A stretch of 64,000 nt of DNA from Somniosus microcephalus (taxonomy: Eukaryota). Positions 54,008 to 63,261 of the stretch are shown one piece after another (the stretch's first letter is position 1; the number at the start of each line of letters is the position of its first letter). The notes below the pieces were generated by a model. It saw only the letters and a program-made list of their open reading frames with translations, did no database searches and was not told where the DNA came from. The stretch is from NCBI GenBank assembly GCA_052327205.1, contig CM126228.1, positions 14,322,001-14,386,000 of the forward strand, in the 5' to 3' direction. Both the position numbers and the translations under genes were made by a program.

Positions 54008-55730
54008 TCATTTAATCGCCGGCCCTTCCCTCCTCTCCTGCTCCTTCCCAACTTTTCGGGCAGCTGTTGCTTTCTCCTGCAGCCTCCGGCTCTTTTTCAC
54101 CTCCTGTTTGAACCTTCCCTGCAGTTTCAGCCTCTTCCTTACATTAGGTTTGAGCTGAGGAGCTGCCCTTTCTCCCTCCTTCTGCCCCTCACTAACCTTT
54201 CCCTTTCCACATGATGCCACCCCACCCCCCACTGCCATGTCTCTGTCCCCCTCTGACTTCTCACTCTCGAGCTCTTCTGTAACCTCCCATCCCTGCTCCC
54301 CGTCAGATACATAATCTCCCTTAGAGAGTCTTCCTGCCATCACGGTTTCTCCAACAGTGTCACTCCCTTCAGCCTCATCTCCACTGCTGATCCTTGCTCC
54401 CTGTTTCTTCTCTCTCTGGGTCAATGGCGCATTTGCACCTATCTTGCTCCTTTCTGGCCTCTGTCTCCCGCTCCCATCCTGCTGCCCCTTTAAGGCTCCT
54501 GCCTCTTGCACCCTCTCCTTGTCTTTCCCCCTCCTGCTCCCCGAGATGTCTGACTCCCCGTCTTTCTTTGGAGCAGTTACACTTACCCCGCACCCCGCTC
54601 CCGCCTCCTCTCCCCCCGTGGACACCAGATACTTTAGGGAGAGGCGAGCCGTATTATGGCTCATCTCTACCCTCAACCCGCTGCTGTCTTTGTCCTTTTC
54701 CACTGTACTTGGTGTGTTTTCCACCATCTCCATCCTGTTCTCTGCTCCGCAATTTTCAGCCTCTTCCTGCGCTCTTTTCTCCTTCCATTTACCAGTTGTG
54801 TCCTCCGCCTGCTCCGCTCCTCCAGCTGTTCCACACACACCTCCTGCTCCTTCTCCTTCTCCCATCTCCTCGTCACTCAAGGGGCTTCCTTCTGCTACAC
54901 ACTCACAGTGGGTGGGGCCTTTGTGACACGCCCCACAACTCTCTACCTTGCAGCTCCAAGCGATGTGTCCAGACTCGCCGCAGTTATAACAGTACAAGTC
55001 TGGACAGTTTCTTACAAGATGGCTGTGTCCAAGACAATAATAACAAACCTTCATACAAAAGCAAAATACTGCGGATGCTGGAAATCTGAAATAAAAACAG
55101 AAAATGCTGGAAATACTCAGCAGGTCAGGCAGCATCTGTGGAGAGAGAAACAGAATTAACGTTTCAGGTCGATGATGAAATAACAAACCTTCACCTGGTT
55201 ATCCTTCAGTACCTGGAGGTCTGCATGCCTTCCATTGTCTCAAATTTCATGCTATACGGCAATGACTTCACCCCTTCTGGGAACCACACCTTTAAATAAC
55301 AGGTTCCATCTGCTACCGGCATTCCTGGATAGTATCTCCTCTTCATTGCTGAGCAAATTTTAATGTCCCACGACTCCAACGTTTTTATTTGCACATCGTC
55401 CTCAATATAAACCGGCAGGTTTAAGAATGAGACCACTGCCTCTTCAGAATATAGCAGAGATACCTCCAAGAACTTATCTCCAAACTTGAAACTCAGTAAA
55501 AGTCTTTCCACCTCCTCTCGGCCACTGACCGTCACCTCGAACCCAACATTCGGCTTTGGTCGGCAGGCAAAGCAGCTTCCCTCATTGCAGTGCTCATGTA
55601 CCGCCTGTATAATATCCCAAGCTCGTACAGGAAACTTTCTGGTATCCGGCACGGACGGGACCGACCTGGTGCCGGTTCATCAACAATTCCGGATAACCGA
55701 ACACTATAGTAAAAGATACGGAGTTCAGAG
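54008..55730 (-). pseudogene. Disrupted Tx1-type ORF1 (gag-like zinc-knuckle protein)
   Basis: VSFLNLPVYIED..KRRYYPG..VADGT.YLKV.F..VKSLPYS.KF followed by NQVKV-CYYCLGHSHLVRNC and CYNCGESGHIAWSC (CX2CX4HX4C), then a long charged low-complexity tail. Frameshifts at ~55210 and probably ~55655, plus a 125-bp insertion at 55054-55178. Confidence 0.85.
55054..55178 (-). mobile_element. Short Penelope-like terminal-repeat unit inserted in the Tx1 ORF1
   Basis: Perfect 15-bp TSD AATAACAAACCTTCA (55039-55053 and 55179-55193). Same sequence as the copies at 6.6, 32.3, 58.2, 58.5 and 61.6 kb. Confidence 0.85.
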
Positions 55731-56765
55731 CTCTGTATAAAGCAACAAATCCTGTTGCTCAGCTTCAAAACAATCGGCACAAGTTGCAAGCATCTCTGTA
55801 GCTTAGCAACAGCTTCAGCTACACCCTTGCACAGCAACAAATGGAGTTTAAAAAGGTAATAAAAGTAATAAAAGTTAACGGAACCAACTCCTGAATTTTG
55901 CCAGTGGATAGAGTGTTCCAGTTATTTAGGGGCCGGTTAATCAAAAGTTTCCTGTATCTCCTTATCCTCGCACTGAACCACCACCAAGTTTTCTTTTCCA
56001 AACCTCCTGGGGTCCCGGCCCAAATCTTTGGGCCTTTTTTCTCCCTTCCCCTGACATTTTCTCCCCTGATTAAATTTATCCTGGGAACATTGTCCTCTGA
56101 GGAGCCCGGCACTCCTCAGCTGTTGTTTAAGGTCCAAAAAGGCCCTAAAACCTGAAAAAAAAAGCTACCAACTTTTTACAAACTCACTCCAACTCCCTGC
56201 AGTAATCAAGCAACCAGCAGCGCCTGCTCACTCCTAGCCCCTCCCACCTCGAGAGTGCTACCCACTGAGCCACCGATGATACCTAGCAGTGTGGTTATGA
56301 CATAGACCCCAGGTTTGATCCCTAGGCTGTGTCAATCTGAACTGAGGAGGCAGTAGGAGATCTATAAATGGCCTCAGCATCCTTGAACTAGGAAGCAAAA
56401 CAACCGCTGAAAGTTCCAGCTCCTTATCACTGCTCCATCACCCCTGTTGAAAAATACACATGTGTGGATATCGGGTGAGATGAGGACAGGATTGGGATCA
56501 TGTATGATGCCTCCTCAACAGCTTGTTCATGCTTACACGTGAAGAATAGCCACTTGACGGAGGTGCCTGGGGAACCGTACCCCAGGGCAGGTTAATATCT
56601 TCGGAAGAGGAGGGGAGAAACCTGAAGGTGGAAAATAAAGAAAGCTGAACTTAGTTAAATTGACACTGTGATGACACAGAGGGGATTTTCACCCCCACAC
56701 AATGTTCTGGGACCCCAGGGGTTAACTGTTTGGTGTAAGATGTTTCATTGTATTCCCATGGCCTT

Positions 56766-56893
56766 GTTGCTATGACAGCCGAATAGTAACGGATCTCTCT
56801 CACTACAACATAGCTTGCTCATCCTATCCTCCCCGAGAACAGGCAGGGAGCAAGCGCTCAGTTCTGTTCTACGGGGAGGTTCAGAGCGTGAGT
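56766..56893 (+). promoter_or_regulatory. Candidate promoter and non-coding first exon of the CARD gene
   Basis: RFX X-box-like GTTGCTATGACAGC (56766-56779), followed ~110 nt later by a splice donor C|GTGAGT (56888-56893), ~1 kb upstream of the putative ATG exon. Confidence 0.35.
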
Positions 56894-57211
56894 TAATCTC
56901 TCAGGCCTTGCCTGCAAAAGCCAAGATGGCACAATTCAAAACAACTTTATATATTTGTCAAAAAAAAATCATTTTCCGCTTCCGTTGTCCTTTAGCTCCC
57001 CTCCTTTTCTGCAGACTTTTGTTGAGTGATGGTTCTAGAGGTGCTGGTCACACACTGGCAGTTCACTCAAGTGTGAATCTTCACACTTCACCTGTGAGCC
57101 TGGGCAGTAAGTGTCACTGAGCGGGGGGTGGGGTCCTCAGAAGCCAAGCCTGATCCTGGTCATCACCCAATGTCCACACATGCACTTTCTAGCAGGGGTC
57201 TGTTGATAGTG

Positions 57212-57687
57212 CCAGCCGTGGTTCAGTGGGTAGCACCCTTGTCTCAGAGTCATGAAGGTCATGGGTTCGAGTCACCCTCCAGAGACCTGAGCACTAAGAT
57301 CTAGGCTGACACCCCAGTGCAGTGCTGAGGGAGTGCTGCACTGTCAGAGGTGCCCTCTTTCAGATGAGACATTAAACTGAGGCCCCGTCTGTTCTCTGAG
57401 GTGGATATAAAAGATCCCATGGCACAATTTCAAAGAAGAGCAGGAGAGTTATCCCCGGTGTCCTGGCCAATATTTATCCCTCAATCAACATCACTAAAAA
57501 AACAGGTTATCTGGTCATTATCACATTGCTGTTTGTGGGAGCTTGCTGTGTGCAAATTGGCTGCCGTGTTTCTTACATTACAACAGTGACTATACAATAC
57601 TTCAAAAAGTACTTCATAGGCTGTAAAGCGTTTTGGGACGTCCGGGGGTCATGAGAGGTGCTGTAAAAATACAAGTCTTTCTTTTTA
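57212..57687 (+). mobile_element. SacSINE1-like SINE, full length
   Basis: Head-to-tail match to the family. Confidence 0.92.
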
Positions 57688-57959
57688 GGAGCAGGAACCC
57701 TGGTTGCTATTCCCCTCCCGAGCCCAGAGGTGCCGAGGCCAGTTGTAGTCCCTCCTGCAGCCACTCTGCCTGAGATCAGCTAACACAGCACAGACCAGGG
57801 ATGCAACCCGGGACCCGCCTAGTCTGTGTGGCGCAGTCACATATTAAACTGACCAATCTGACCGTTGGGAGAACTGCCTGTGCAACCTGCCGACTGTTAT
57901 TTCAGCAGAAGGAGCTGTAGCAAAATCACTTTTCCCATTTTTTTTTTCTTTTTACAGCA

Positions 57960-58017
57960 ATGATCAAACCAGCAACTAAGATGAAGAAGTCATTTCTCAG
58001 TGGCTCTGTTTACACAG
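57960..58017 (+). CDS. Putative first coding exon of CARD-domain gene (MIKPATKMKKSFLSGSVYT)
   Basis: Strong polypyrimidine acceptor TTTTTTTCTTTTTACAG| (exon starts 57958), ATG at 57960, donor AG|GTCAAT. Ends in phase 1, which matches the next exon. Confidence 0.55.
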
Positions 58018-58196
58018 GTCAATAAATTTGGAGTAATTCTCGCATTTGTATACACTGTTAAGTTGATATTTCATTGTGGCATTGAACAGGGAGGAGGGCA
58101 AGGTCAGTCAAGGTGAGAAAATGGAATTCAAGTTACACTATGGAACATGGTCACAGAACCTCTAAACATGTCAGTCATCTTCAAGGTGATACTTGT

Positions 58197-58316
58197 CTGA
58201 CGAAAGGTCATCGACCTGAAGCGTTAACGCTGCTTCTCTCCCTACAGATGCTGCCTGACTTGCTGAGTATTCCCAGCATTATTTCAGATTTCCAGCATCC
58301 GCAGTACTTTGCTTTT
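58197..58316 (+). mobile_element. Penelope-like unit with near-intact hammerhead core
   Basis: CTGACGA-A-AGGTC-ATC-GACCT-GAAGC-GTT-AAC; 13-bp TSD GTGATACTTGTCT (58186-58198 and 58317-58329). Confidence 0.8.
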
Positions 58317-58451
58317 GTGATACTTGTCTTGATGGTCACCTGGGTAAAGACAACATCAGAGTCTCGTGGCCAGTTACCCATGGCCCAAAATCTGTCTGCC
58401 CTTTCAATCCTTTTCTCCGCCAATTTTTCTTCCCTGCACCTCCTCTCCTGA

Positions 58452-58808
58452 AACGAAAGCAAAATATTGCTGGAAATCTGAAATAAAAAACAGAAAGTGC
58501 TGGAAAACACTCAGCAGGTCAGGCAGCATCTGTGGAGGGAGACACAGAGGTAATGTTTCCTGTTGATGACCTTTCATCGGAACTGGAAGATGTTAGAGAC
58601 GAACAGCTTTTAAGCAATGGCAGAGCCAGGGAAAAGCGGGCAGGGAAAGAACAAAAGGGAAAGGTCTGGAATAGGGTGTGGGGCATTAAGGAGTGATTAA
58701 ATGACAAAAGGGATGATGGTGCAAGGCAAAAGTGTGGGGGGGGGGGGGTTCTGGACCCATCTTTTGTTTCTTTACTTGTCCCACTATCACCCCCTTTTGC
58801 CTTGCATC
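58452..58808 (-). mobile_element. Longer Penelope-like 3' fragment with an inverted segment
   Basis: Same unit extended ~150 bp upstream of the hammerhead region, then an inverted piece (CTTTTGCCTTGCA at ~58795 is the reverse complement of TGCAAGGCAAAAG at ~58720). Confidence 0.7.
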
Positions 58809-58894
58809 TGGATTGTGGTTAAGGAGCAAATCAAAATATTGAATTGCTGACTATAAAGCTACCTACAAATTAAATAGAAGTGTTTAAATCCCAG

Positions 58895-59058
58895 ATTTCA
58901 GAGCTAACCGTGAAAATGAACGGAGTGAAGATTTTCATAAAGATGTGATTCGGGCGAATCTTTCCCCAATTGTCGCACAGCTCCAGATGTCACCAGTGTT
59001 CTACAGACTTCTACGGGAAAAAGGGATTCTGTCTGACCAGCAGATCCAAGTAATCCAG
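58895..59058 (+). CDS. CARD-domain exon, N-terminal half (DFRANRENERSEDFHKDVIRANLSPIVAQLQMSPVFYRLLREKGILSDQQIQVIQ)
   Basis: CCCAG| acceptor and CAG|GTAAAG donor (phase 1 to 0). Pattern IRxN..(L/I)V..L....LL..KGILS....I is typical of CARD helices 1-3. Confidence 0.75.
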
Positions 59059-59511
59059 GTAAAGGAGGAAAAAAATGTGCGTTTTAAATTTAAAAAAGTG
59101 GAAATGCCTAATGACAGTGATGCAGGTGCTAAAATTGGCCTCAGTATCTCTGGACTAGAAAGGGCAAAATCAGCTAGACTTTCTACCCTTGCATGCTACT
59201 CAGTGACTTGGGCTGATGTCGGCAGAGAATGGGATCAGGCTTGGCTGTGATGCCACTCATTGTTAAAGATGCTGCCAACGCTCACTGTCTAGACTCACAG
59301 ATAAAGACTGACAACGAGGTTGAGGTGCTGGATAGCTGCCGGCACCTGTGGAATTGTACCCAAGCAATAGTCAGCAGGTTCACGAAAGAAGGGGAGAAAA
59401 TGGGGGGAGGAATCAGAGAAAATTAACTAAACTAAACTAAACAAGAGGTTACTTTGGAGGGGCAGTAAATAAAGGGTGATTTTTTTTTTGTTGCACTTGC
59501 TCCGTTGTTAA

Positions 59512-60757
59512 AGAAAAGAAAGACTTGCATTTATATAGCGCCTTTCATGACCTCAGGACATCCCAAAGCAATGAAGTACTTTTTGAAGTAGTCACTGTTG
59601 AAATGTAGGAAACTCGGCAGCCAATTTGCACACAGCAAGCTCCCACAAACAGCAGTGTGATAATGACCAGATAATCTGTTTTTGTTATGTAGATTGAGGG
59701 ATAAATATTGGCCAGGACACTGGGGAGAACTCCCCTGCTCTGCTTCGAAATAGTGCCACGGGATCTTTCTCGTCCACCTGAGAGTGCAGACAGGGCCTTG
59801 GTTTAACGGCTCATCCGAAAGACAGTGGGGGAGAAATTCGGTATCGCCCCGTTTGGGGTGCAATTATTGGCTGGGCGCAAAGTTTAGCACCTAGCGCTAA
59901 TTATCGCCTCCGACTGCAAACTTGGCTTCTATCGCGCCTGGAGGTGGTTGGAGCGCTAAATCAGGTGCTACACACCTGTCTTAAGGTGCAAAGGCCAAGG
60001 AGCGAGGCGCTACCTCAGAGCGCGGGCGAAGCTCATGTGATATCAGTCAGCAATGGAACACAGACACACTGGCGCCGGCCAGTTCTTAAAGGGAAGGGTC
60101 GATCTTGCTCTCCATCCACACCCTGCTCATTGCAGCCTCGAATCTCGGCCTGGAGAGACCTGTACATCAAATCTGCTGGAAAGAACAATGGAGAGGCCCA
60201 GGGAAAGAGCTCAGAGTGCAGCCCCCATAGTCTCTTCTAAATCGATGCAAGGAAGGTCAAATCAAAATGAACCTGCAAAGTGCTGCTCAGTACCCAAAAC
60301 TCCTTCACACAGTGTTGAATCTCTCCAGAAGTCTCTCTCTCTCTCTCAGAATGCGTGGTGCAAAAATGTCAACAACAAAAAAAGGCAGGAAGCGGTCACC
60401 TTTAAATAGCACTCCCCCAGTCCCTTCCTGACTGCAAAACGTTCCCCTCAACCTGTCATTGCTAGTGGCAGGCAGTAAGGCGGGGAGCGCCACTCAATAT
60501 CCAGTCCGGGGCGCTACCAGGGTGTTGCACGCTCGACTGACGTCACGATCTGCTGGTGTAGGAGATCATGGCGGTAGTGTTTAGTGCCGCCGCAAAATGT
60601 CTGCGCCCCATTGGCAACCAAATTTTCCCCCCAGTAACTCCTACAGTGCAGCACTCCCTCAGCCTAGATTTTTGTGCTCAAGTCTCTGGAGCGGGACTTG
60701 AACCCACAACCTTCTGACCCAGAGGCAAGAGTGCTAACACTGAGCCATGGCTGACAC
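59512..60757 (-). mobile_element. SacSINE1-like SINE split by a MITE (59512-59826 and 60633-60757)
   Basis: SINE sequence resumes in register after the insert. Confidence 0.88.
59827..60632. mobile_element. GC-rich MITE (PIF/Harbinger-like, inferred) inserted in a SINE
   Basis: TIR GGGGGAGAAATTCGGT / ACCAAATTTTCCCCC; 3-4 bp TSD (AGT or CAGT). Confidence 0.75.
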
Positions 60758-60829
60758 TGTTGAAATGTAATTTTAGTTTCTGAATTTTAAAAAAAAATTT
60801 ACGTTGTGTTCTATCCCTTTTTCCTGCAG

Positions 60830-60986
60830 AGGGAAAGCAGCCAAGAGTTTAAAATTGCAAAACTGCTCTCACTGTTGGAGGGGGAAGGATGTTGGGTCTT
60901 GAAGCCATTCTCTGATCTGCTGAATGAGACAGGCTACATTCAGTTGGCCAAAGTCTTACGCAACACAGCATTAACAAGGAGCCTAG
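60830..60986 (+). CDS. CARD-domain exon, C-terminal half (RESSQEFKIAKLLSLLEGEGCWVLKPFSDLLNETGYIQLAKVLRNTALTRSL)
   Basis: Acceptor CCCTTTTTCCTGCAG| in phase 0, matching the previous exon, and donor TAG|GTAAAG (phase 1). Pattern K..LL.LL...G......F...L.ETG...LA..L is typical of CARD helices 4-6. Confidence 0.78.
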
Positions 60987-61639
60987 GTAAAGAAAGCTGA
61001 TGTAAACTAGGAATGGTTATCTTTATTTGCATGGGAAGCACGTCCCAACCGGGAGGCTCGAGGATGGCCCGAAATTGGGCTTCCGGGCCTCCTTTCAATA
61101 ATTTGGCCAGTTAATTCCAAGTGTTGACCACTGTTTGTTTGAAGAAGATCTTCCTGACGCCAGTGCTAAATGTCAGGAATGTCAGTGTCAGCACTGACGT
61201 CAGGAAGTTCTTCTTCAAACAAACTTGGAATTATATTCTGCCAGTGCCTCTTGCACCTCCGTAGGCAGCTCACCCATCTCCGAAAATGAGACAAGCGGCC
61301 CTCAAGTAAGTGCCGGGAAGTGGGGGTAGGACAGCAGGGGTGGGGGGCGGTGGGGGGGCAATCGCAGCTGGCAGCAACCATCGGGAGTGCCGTGGAGCTG
61401 GGAGGAGCACTCGCTGGCTCCATATGAATTTCAAAAAGGCAATTAACTTACTTACCTTCTCGGTGGGAGTCACTGGCTAGGCCGCATCCTCGCCTGGAAA
61501 ATCAGAGCATGATGGCCAGCCTTTTCCAGGGCAGCCCAATCTCCCTGAGAAGTACTAAAAGAGGCTTTAGGCCCCCTCATTAGCATATGCAAGCGGCCTA
61601 ACGCCTGGTTTAGGTGGCCACTCATCAATCATGGATGAT

Positions 61640-61760
61640 TGGTCACCGACCTGAAACGTTAACTCTGTTTCTCTCTCCACGGATGCTGCCTGGCCTGCTG
61701 AGTATTTCCAGCATTTTCTGTTGTTATTTCAGATTTCCGGCATCCGCAGTATTTTGCTAT
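61640..61760 (+). mobile_element. Penelope-like unit
   Basis: GGTCACCGACCTGAAACGTTAACTCTG..GGATGCTGCCTGGCCTGCTGAG..GCAGTATTTTGCT. Confidence 0.8.
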
Positions 61761-61877
61761 TATATTCGCTTTTGCCCATTTTGAGCGTTCGCTGAAGACC
61801 AATTTCACCCCCAAAATCTAACATTATTCATTCTTGAATGATGCCCGTTTTTGACACAACATTTTTAATGTTCCCAG

Positions 61878-61951
61878 CAGCTCAGGAAACATCATATTCA
61901 AAAATGCATTTGATCCGAATGAGACGGGACCTAAAGAAGTATAGAAAATAG
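61878..61951 (+). CDS. Possible downstream or terminal coding exon of the CARD gene ((A)AQETSYSKMHLIRMRRDLKKYRK*)
   Basis: NAGNAG acceptor TTCCCAGCAG; the phase-1 frame is open to TAG. No recognised homology. Confidence 0.3.
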
Positions 61952-62119
61952 TTAAAGGTACAGAAACTGTAAATTTGGAACATTACTTCAAATTAACCCA
62001 TAACATTCAGACACTCACAACTTGCAAAAATCAAATTTAGCACTGACGTCAGGAAATCATTCTTCAAACCAACAATGGTCAACACTTGGAATTAACTTCT
62101 GGGTAGGATAGTAGGTAAG

Positions 62120-62550
62120 AGGCTTGCATTTATATAGCACCTTATCACATCTCTCAGAATCATCTCAAAGTACTTCACATACAATAAAGTTCAGTGACTG
62201 TTAAGCAAGCACACACTACAGCCATTTTGTACACAGCAACATATCACAAGTAGCAATGAGATAAATGACCACTTAATCTGATTTTTAGGTGTTGGTTGAG
62301 GGAAAAATCTTGGCCAGGACCTCGGGAGGACTCCCTTCTCTTTTTTGAATAGTGCTATGGGATCTTTAACACCCACCTGAACCATCTGACGAGGCCTTGG
62401 TTTAATGTCTCACGTGAAAAACAGGACCACAGCAGTCCCTCAGTACCACTTTACAGTGTCAGCCTAGATTATACACTCAAATCCTAGAGTGTGGATTGAA
62501 CCCACAACCTTCCAACTTGGAAGCAACGATGCCATCAGCTGAGCCAAGCG
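62120..62550 (-). mobile_element. SacSINE1-like SINE, diverged
   Basis: Reverse-complement match to the family. Confidence 0.8.
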
Positions 62551-62869
62551 AATACAAAAATCTTGAAGTCATTTTAAGATAGCTGGATGTTGTGATGGGG
62601 TGAGCTAAGGTGGACTGAACAACCTTGCTCATCTGTGTCTGTGGTGTGATCTCTATCTGTATTTATCCTCATCAGCCTCAATTAAATTCAAGCTTATTTT
62701 TCACTGATGTGGAATCAAGATGTGCAGACACGGAGATGCCAATGTTTTAATCGCTGGAGGACTTCAGTAGCACTTCTGTATTAAAATGTAAAAACAAATC
62801 TAATCCTACTTTTAGATTATGTAAAGATTAGTTAGAATTCAAATTCAGATGTTTCTGGCTTTTTGTTCA

Positions 62870-63261
62870 AAAGAAAGACTTGCATTTATATAGCACCTTT
62901 CACAACCTCAGGACATCCCGAAGAATTTACAGCCAATGAAGTACTTAGAAATGTAGTCACTGTTGTAATGTAGGAAACACAGCAGCCAATTTGCACACAG
63001 CCAGCTCCCACAAACAGCAATGTGACAGTGACCAGATAACCTGTATTTTTTTAGTGATGTTGGTTGAGGGATAAACGTTTGCCAGGACGCCGAGGAGAAC
63101 TCCCCATTCTTCTTTGAAATAGTGCCATGAGATCAGTTAAGTCCAGCTGAGAGGGTGGATGAGGCCTTGGTTTAATATCTCATCCGAAAGACAGTACCTC
63201 CAACAGTGCAGCACTCTCTCAGTACTGCACTGGGAGTTTCAGCCTAGATTTTGTGCTCAAG
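62870..63261 (-). mobile_element. SacSINE1-like SINE interrupted by a GC-rich element
   Basis: The match stops abruptly at GGGGGTGATTTT. Confidence 0.85.

Larger units (their letters stand above)
53775..56249 (-). mobile_element. ORF1-only Tx1/L1-clade non-LTR element (HAL1-like), apparently full length
   Basis: 17-bp TSD CGAGAGTGCTACCCACT (53758-53774 and 56250-56266), short poly(A) and AATAAA (53792-53797) at the 3' end, and a G-rich 5' end. Encodes a Tx1-type ORF1 and has no endonuclease or RT sequence. Confidence 0.85.
53335..56280 (-). mobile_element. SacSINE1-like SINE split by the Tx1 insertion (body 53335-53774, 5' tip 56250-56280)
   Basis: Removing the insert and one TSD copy restores ..CTCAGAGGCGAGAGTGCTACCCACTGAGCCAC. 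Confidence 0.9.

Noticed and set aside
54357-55159. Plus-strand ORFs of 167-231 aa
   Set aside because: Antisense shadows of the purine-rich Tx1 ORF1.
54008-55652. Host zinc-finger gene (ZCCHC3/CNBP-like)
   Set aside because: TSD, poly(A), frameshifts and a nested insertion indicate a dead retroelement copy.
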